A stretch of DNA of 64,000 bases. It comes from the human T2T-CHM13v2.0 reference genome, Homo sapiens. The notes below the pieces were generated by a model. It was not told the DNA's origin. It searched no databases and saw only the letters and a program-made list of their open reading frames with translations. Positions 57,062-64,000 of this stretch are shown one piece after another. The stretch lies in NCBI RefSeq assembly GCF_009914755.1, contig NC_060928.1; one strand, 5' to 3'. Numbering within the stretch: the first letter of the stretch is position 1; each line of letters opens with the position of its first letter. The position numbers and the translations under genes were made by a program.

Positions 57062-59342
57062 ACATGAACAGAATTAGGAGCAAGGACCGTGTGATCATCT
57101 CAGTAGATGCAGAAAAAGCAGATTGATAAAAAGCTGGATTTTATAAAATCCAGCAGTCCTCCATGATAAGAGCCCTCAACAGGCTAGACATAGATGGAAC
57201 ATAACTCAGGATAATGGGAGCCATGTATGGCAAAGCCACAGCCAGCATCATGTTGAATGAGGAAAAGTTGAAAGCATTTTCCCTATAATCTGGAATAAGA
57301 CAAGTTCCACTATTCAACATAGTACTAACAGTCCTAGCCAGAGCAATCAGGCAGGAGAGAGAGATAAAAGGTATCCAAATTGGAAAAGATGAAGTCAAAT
57401 TATCTCAGTTCTCTGACAACATGATCATATACCTCGAAAACCTTGAAGACTCCTCTAGAAGACTCCTAAACCTGATTAGCAACTTCAGTAAAGTCTCAGG
57501 ATACAAAATTAATGTATGAAAATCAGTAGCCCATTTCTGTATATCAATAACATTCATACCGAGAACCAATCCCGTTTACAATAGCCACAGAAAAAAAAAA
57601 CCTGGGAATACATTTAATCAAGGAGGTGAAAGAGCTCTATAAGGAGAACTACAAAACACTGATGAAAGAAATTGTAGACAATGCAAACAAATGGAAAAAC
57701 ATCCTATGCTCATGAATTGGAAGGATCAATATCATTAAAATGACCATATAGCTCAAAGTGATATACACATGAAATGCAGCTCCTATTAAATTACCAATGT
57801 CATTTTTCACAAAATTAGAAAAAAAAATCCTAAAATTCATATGGAACCAAAAAAAAAAAAAAAAAAGCGCAAATGACCAAAGCACTCCTGAGCAAAATGA
57901 ACAAATCTAGAGACATCACATTGCTTGATTTCAAATTATACTACCAGGCCATGGTAACTAAAACATCATGGTACTGGCACAAAGATAGACACATGTATCA
58001 ATGGAATGGAGAACTCAGAAATAAAGCCACATACCTGCAACCAACTTGTCTTGGGCAAAGTTGACAAAAATAAAAAATGGGAAAAAGACATCCTATTCAA
58101 TAAATGGTGCTGGGAAAACTGGCTGACCATTAAGTGGAAGAGAGAGGCTGGACCCCTATCTCTTACCATATACAAAAGTTAACTCAACATGGATTAAAGA
58201 CCTAAATGTAAGACCTGAAACTATATTAAGTCCTAGAAGAAAACCTAGGGAAATGCTCTTCTGGACATCAGCCTAGGCAAATAATTTATGACAAAGACCT
58301 CAAAAGTAAATGTGACAAAACAAAAAAATAGACAAATGGGACTTAATTAAACTAAAAAGCTTATGCATAGCAAAAGAAATAATCAACAGAATAAACAGAC
58401 AGCCTACAGAATGGGAGAAAATATTTACAAGTTATGCCCTCAACAAAGGATTAATATCCAGAATCTATAAGGAACTCAAGCAACTCAAGAGGAATAAAAT
58501 AAACAACACCATTAAAAGCTGGGCAAAAGACATGAAAATACATTTTTGAAAAAAAAAAGAAATATAAGCTTCCACAAACACATAAAAATGCTTAACATCA
58601 CCAATCATCAGAGAAATACAAATTAAGACCACATTGAGATATCATCTTACATCAGTCAGCATGGCTTTTATTAAAAAGTCAAAAACAACAGATGTTGATG
58701 TGGACGTGGAGAAAGGCAAATGCTCATACACTGTTGATGGGAATTCAAATTAGTTCAGCCCTTATGGGAAACAGTATAAAGATTTCTCAAAGAACTAAAA
58801 AGAGAATGACCATTTGACTCAACAACTCCACTACTGGGTATCTGCTCAAAGGAAAATAAATTATTACACAAAAAAGACACCTGCACTTGTATGTTTAGTG
58901 CAACACTATTTATAATAGCAGAGTCACAGAACCAATCTAAGTGTCCATCAGCAGTTAATCAGATAAAGAAATTGTGGTGTGTGTGTGTGCAATGGAATAG
59001 TATACAGCCATAAAAAGGAAAACATCGTGTCCTTTGCAGCCACATAGATGGAGCTGGAGGCTGTTATCCTAAGTGAACTAACACAGAAACAGAAAATTAA
59101 ATATTACATGTTCTCACTTATAAGTGGGAGCTAAATGAAGGCTACACATGGACATAAAGATGGAGAGAATAGACTCTGGAGACTTCAAAAGGGGTTGGGA
59201 AGGGTTGAAAAATTATCTATTGGGTAGAACATCCAATATATGGATGATGGGTACACTAGAAGCCCAACCCCTGTCATTATGCGTCTGATACCCATGTAAC
59301 AAACAAACACATGTACCCCTGAATCTAAAATTAAAAATAAAG
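57062..59342 (+). mobile_element. 5'-truncated L1PB-type LINE (ORF2 RT/C-terminal remnant and 3'UTR)
   Basis: atctcagtagatgcagaaaaagca; ctattcaataaatggtgctgggaaaactgg; terminus catgtacccctgaatctaaaatt; degenerate TSD agaaaatgataggcatg/agaaaacgatgtgtatg; disrupted ORF. Confidence 0.93.
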
Positions 59343-59372
59343 AAAACGATGTGTATGGACCTCCTTGATGAT

Positions 59373-59810
59373 TCTATCTCAGTTTGGGTTTCCTTACAAG
59401 CAGATTCTGAGACAAGGATCCATGTGCAAATAGCTTGTTTAAGATGTGGTCCCAGGAAACAGGCAGGAAGAGAAGTGAGACAGGGAAGGGAAAGCAGCAA
59501 ATAAAGGAGATTTTATCATGCAGGTACCACTGTGGGCATGTGCACACTTTAGTAAGCAGTGCATAACATGTCTTAAAATCATCCTACCCTTTGTTTAAGA
59601 GACTTGGGATATTGGCCCACCCATGCCCATCAGTCACCAGGTAAGAGCTGCTCTCAGAGTACTTTAATCCCAGACATTTCTCACCTGCTGTGCAGGGCAG
59701 AAGGGGTTCTCACTACAAGAGAATGCCCTACAGCAAAGAGAAGCAGGTGCTTGCAGTCTGTGGATTGAAACAGTAAGGATAGAGGGGAGATGGGTGGGGG
59801 TGTCTGCTGT
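59373..59810 (-). mobile_element. LTR16-like ERVL LTR
   Basis: aagcagattctgagacaagga...gaagtgagacagggaagggaaagcagcaaataaagg. Confidence 0.75.
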
Positions 59811-59815
59811 GAGAT

Positions 59816-60288
59816 TGTATTTGTCAGCATTCTCCAGAGAAACAGAGTCAATAGAATGTAGATCTATATAAAAAGAGATTTATTATAAGGAATTGATTCA
59901 TGTATTCAGGAGACTAAGACATCCCAAGGTCTGCAGTTGGCAAGTTGGAGAGCCAGGAGAGCTGCTGGAGTAGGTCCAATCTGAAAGCCTACAGGCTCGA
60001 GACCCAAGAAGAGCTGACATTTCAAAGCTGAGTCCAAAGAGGGCTGATGTCCTGGCTCAAGGCAGTCAGGCAGGAGGAGTTCCCTTCTACTAGAGGAAGG
60101 GTCAGCCTTTAGTTCTCTTCAGACCTTTAGCTGATTGGAAGAGGGCCACCCACATAGGGAGTCAGTCTGCCAATTCAAATGTTAATCTCATTTCCAAACA
60201 CCTTCACTGACACACTCAAGATAATGTTTGATGAAATATCTGGGCACCCCATGTCGCAGTCAAATGGACATGCAAATGAACCATCACA
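59816..60288 (-). mobile_element. MLT2B LTR
   Basis: ttctccagagaaacaga...gagatttattataaggaattg...aaccatcaca. Confidence 0.92.
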
Positions 60289-60632
60289 AAGCTAGTACAA
60301 GAAAGCTTCTCTGTGGAGGAAAAATCTAAGCTGAGATTGGAAAAATGAACCACAGTGGTTTCACAAAGAGCTGGTGAAGAACATTTCCAAAGAAGGGAAG
60401 AGAAGAGCTTGGCTTGCTGTGGGGGTTGACAGATGAATGTGACTGATCAAAGTGAACAAGATTCATGTATTCAAAAGATATTATTGAATACTGACACTGT
60501 GCCAGACACTGGGGATAAGAGAATGAGCCAAACAGGCAAATATGCTACTTCTTAAGGGAAGAGACTGACAATAACCAAAGAAGGAAAATGTATAGTAGAT
60601 GAGATGGAGCCTCTGTCAGCTGGGGTCCTGAG

Positions 60633-60997
60633 TGCTGTCATCTGGATGTCTGTATTCCCCCAAAATTCTTACATTGAAACCTAATCCCCAATGTGATGGT
60701 GTTAGGAGGTGGGGGCCTTTGAGAGGTGATCAGATCTTGAGGGTGGAAACCTCACGAATGGGATTAGTGTCCTTATAAGAGAGGCCCTGTACAGACCCCT
60801 CGTCTCTTTCACCATGTGAGGACACAGCAAGAAGATGGCTATCTATGAACCAGGAAGCAAGCCCTCACAAGACGTTGAATCTGCCATGCCTTGATCTTGG
60901 ATTCCCCAGCCTCTAGACTGTGAGAAATAAACTTCTGTTGTTTATAAGCCACCCAGTCTATGATATTTTGTTATAGCAGTGCAAATAGACCAAGACA
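60633..60997 (+). mobile_element. MLT1A-type LTR inserted in an older MLT1 fragment (~60605-61140)
   Basis: ttgaaacctaatccccaatgtgatggtgttaggaggtgggg...tgtgagaaataaacttctgttgtttataagccaccc. Confidence 0.9.
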
Positions 60998-61304
60998 CCG
61001 TGTGAATGCAGCACACAAAGCTTCTTGCTGATCTGTGTGGACATGTAGTATGGGTAAAGAATAAGTACTTCGTGTTATAAGCTATTAAGGTTTTGGGTTT
61101 GTTTATTACAGAGCATAACCTAGCCATACTGACTGATGACCTATGTTGTTAAATGGCAAAACTGATCATATCACTCCATTTCTTTAACGTACACACACAT
61201 TCTTCTACTACTAAAACCCTGTAGGGTTCAACTTTGCCCTCAATATAAGAAATAACAGACTTATCAAAGCCTCCGCAGCCCCTCATGGTCTGCTTCCGCC
61301 TACC

Positions 61305-61685
61305 TGTACTAGTCTATTTTCATGCTGCTGATAAAGATATACCCAAGACTGGGCAATTTAAAAAAGAAAGAGGTTTAATGGACTTACAGTTCCACATGGC
61401 CGGGGAGGCCTCACAATCATGGTGGAAGGCAAGGAGGACCGAATCACATCTTACGTGGATGGTGGCAGGCAAAAAGAAAGAGAGCTTATGCAGGGAAACC
61501 CCCCCCTTTTTAAAAACCATCAGATCTTGTGAGACTTACTATCACGAGAATAGCATGAGAAAGACCTGCTCCCATGATTCAATTACCTCCCACTGGTTCA
61601 CTCCCACAACAGATTGAAATTGTGGAAATTGTGAAGGATACAATTCAAGATGAGATTTGGGTGGGGACACAGCCAAACCATATCA
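61305..61685 (-). mobile_element. THE1A/B solo LTR
   Basis: catgctgctgataaaga...ggggacacagccaaaccatatca; TSD ctacc. Confidence 0.95.
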
Positions 61686-61689
61686 CTAC

Positions 61690-62140
61690 CTCATCAGCAT
61701 CATGTCTTCAACCACCCCCATTCTCTCCAGGCCAGTCCCAGCTGAACCTGTCACTCTCCTTCCCATCTCAGTGTCTTTGAACTTGCTATTCCTTCTGCTT
61801 GGAATAGATTCTCATACTTTCCCCAGTTCCACCCCTCCTGCCCTTCATTCTGACTTTGCCCAACTCCTACACATCCTTCTGGTCTCAGTTTAAAGTTCAC
61901 TTCTTCAAAGGAACCTTCCTGGACCCAGATGTATTTCCTCCCATAAAACATCTTCTTATAGCACCCCTTCTCCAAATCACAGGTGAAATTGCTGTTTAGT
62001 GTCAGGCGTCCTGTTTTCTATCACGCTCACCAAAGACAGATGATGTCTGTCTTATTTCTCCTGGTGTCCCCAGAACATAGCACTGACAGTGACAAAGAAT
62101 GAGCTCCCAGTAAATATGCATTAGATGAATAAATAAAAGG
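61690..62140 (+). mobile_element. L2 3' fragment
   Basis: tgctattccttctgcttggaat; gtgtccccagaacatagcac...taaatatgcattagatgaataaat. Confidence 0.7.
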
Positions 62141-63740
62141 TCCTTCTGGCACTTTCCCACTAGACTGCTTTAATTAAATGCCAGGTTTTCTTTTAAAGGG
62201 AGTCTCGAGTAGAGACATATAACTTACATATAACTTACTTTTGTTCAGTTCAGATCTTTTCAAACAACTCGCTCCCGTCTTCCAATGAAAAGGAGACGTT
62301 CATATCCAAGCAGTACATCTTCAGAATGTCCTGTTCCTCCCGCAGGGGCCATGTAGCTATTCAGGAAGCCAGGTAGTGCTCTAACTGGGAGAACCCAGGC
62401 TCGTTATTCCACGGGGTGGTGCCATGCTGCATGTCACAGGTTGGAGCCTGTCCTTTGTTCCTCAGCACCCTGCACCCCAAGCCTCTTCCCACACCCTGAC
62501 CCCATATAATGAACAAGAGCAGGGAGAGAGCCACTGTTCAAACAACTTTGTAAAGTTATGGGCTGCAAGACACCTGCTCGACATGGGGGAAGGCCCCTGG
62601 AGACATTCTCTCAGACTCTGTCATCTGTTTGCAAAGATAATAGTGAAATTATGACTTCATTTTGTTGGAAGCTAAAGGATTTGGGCAATTCTCTGTGAGT
62701 GTGAGATCTCAAGCTGTCCTGCATTTTTGGTTGAGTGTGCTGTGTTGGCTTATTATCCAAATGTGATTGTCACTCTCTAGATGGGAGGAACTCATTCTCC
62801 AACTTGGAACTCTGATGCCCCAAGGGCCTCACACAATGATTTGCACACATTGGATTAGGCCCAAGCCCAGTTCTAATCTCTGCATCAGCATACTTCCCAG
62901 AGCCCCTGCCCTGAAAAAAAAGTCAGAGTTTGTGGGGTAGACACACATATGTGAGCTTGAAAAACTGCTTTCCTCCAGCATTACAGGAAACATTTAAATT
63001 GGCTCTGTAGGCACTTTAAGTATAACAGGGTGGCACACATGAGCATCTGAACAAAGACAAAGGAGAAAAGCAAAGACAGAAGTGTGTCTGGGGCAAAGCT
63101 GGAAATGTGCATCTTAAAAGCCCTCAGCCAGATTTGAGCTTCCTTGAGGGCAACTGGAGAAGTGTAACCTGGGCAGTTATCCACACAGGGAAACCAGTCC
63201 CAGTGCAGAGAAGCTCCTGACCCCAGCCCAGGGAGGAGTTTCTCCTAGGGGTGCCACAGGACACGTCCTCAGGAGAGCTGGTGCTTTGCTGGTGGTGGAA
63301 ACTTGGCAATTCATTTGACTTCTCATTCAATCAAAGACAAGCATCTCTGCTCTTTTTCCCTCCCAGGGCTGCCATGAAGGTCAGATAAAGGTGAAAATGC
63401 TTTCTGAACCAGAGAGAACGACACCAGCATGAAACATTATTATCTCTATGAAATTGATAGTATTAATTAACCTTTCCGAGCTTCAGTCATCTTAACTGTA
63501 AAATTGGGCATAATCAAAACCTCACCAGGTTTTTGTAAGAATGTAAATCTTCTGCTACGTGGCAGGACTGCTAGTAACCTTAATTCTCTCCCTCCCTGGC
63601 TTTCTTTCCTTCCTTAAGTGGGAGAGACAGACCCTCAGACTAGAGAGGGTGAGTGGACCCAAATTAGAGTAACATGGTTTCCATTTATTGACTCTATTAA
63701 ACACTGCTGGTGCATCAGCTGCTCTATATGCTCACTCAGA

Positions 63741-63782
63741 TGTGTGTGTGCATGCACGCACACACACACACACACGCACACG
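63741..63782. repeat. (TG)n/(CA)n quasi-palindromic microsatellite
   Basis: tgtgtgtgtgcatgcacgcacacaca... Confidence 0.9.
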
Positions 63783-63807
63783 GGATATTTTCCTACATTA
63801 CCTGCAA

Positions 63808-63922
63808 GCAAGGCCAGCTTTATGGGTGTGTGACCTGGGCAGTCACACAGGCTCTGTACTTAGAAGGGCCCCGTGCTTGGTTTAATGCTCTGTCATCACC
63901 ATCTTACACTTTTTAATAATTT
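63808..63922 (+). mobile_element. MER45-type hAT element, 5' part
   Basis: aggccagctttatgggtgtgtgacctg...agaagggccccgtgcttggtttaatgctctg. Confidence 0.8.
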
Positions 63923-64000
63923 GTTGTCGTTGTACATTTTATTTTTTAATAGAAAAGTAAAATCTGTATGTATTTACAGTCTATGGCTTGATGTTTTGAT

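Overview
Primate genomic DNA, probably catarrhine or hominoid (AluY and young L1PA copies are present), and non-coding: intronic or intergenic. Most of the window is interspersed repeats: about 20 Alus, L1 fragments of several ages, L2, MIR, solo LTRs (THE1, MST, MLT1, MLT2, LTR16/41-like) and DNA transposons (MER1A/B, MER33, MER103, MER45, MADE1, Tigger2), plus simple repeats. I can support no intact protein-coding gene, RNA gene or CRISPR array; the supplied ORFs are repeat-derived or low-complexity artefacts. I find no evidence for a new multi-gene system. The most informative signals are local rearrangement scars: (i) a 292-bp, ~96% identical inverted copy of a neighbouring L1 3' end (27323-27614 vs 28370-28661); (ii) a MADE1 apparently rewritten by template switches (15573-15701); (iii) a ~200-bp diverged direct duplication, each copy followed by a CCTT tract and an antisense Alu (47658 and 49785); (iv) an AluS/AluY chimera. 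Family calls come from my recall of consensus sequences; subfamily calls and the boundaries of old elements are approximate.
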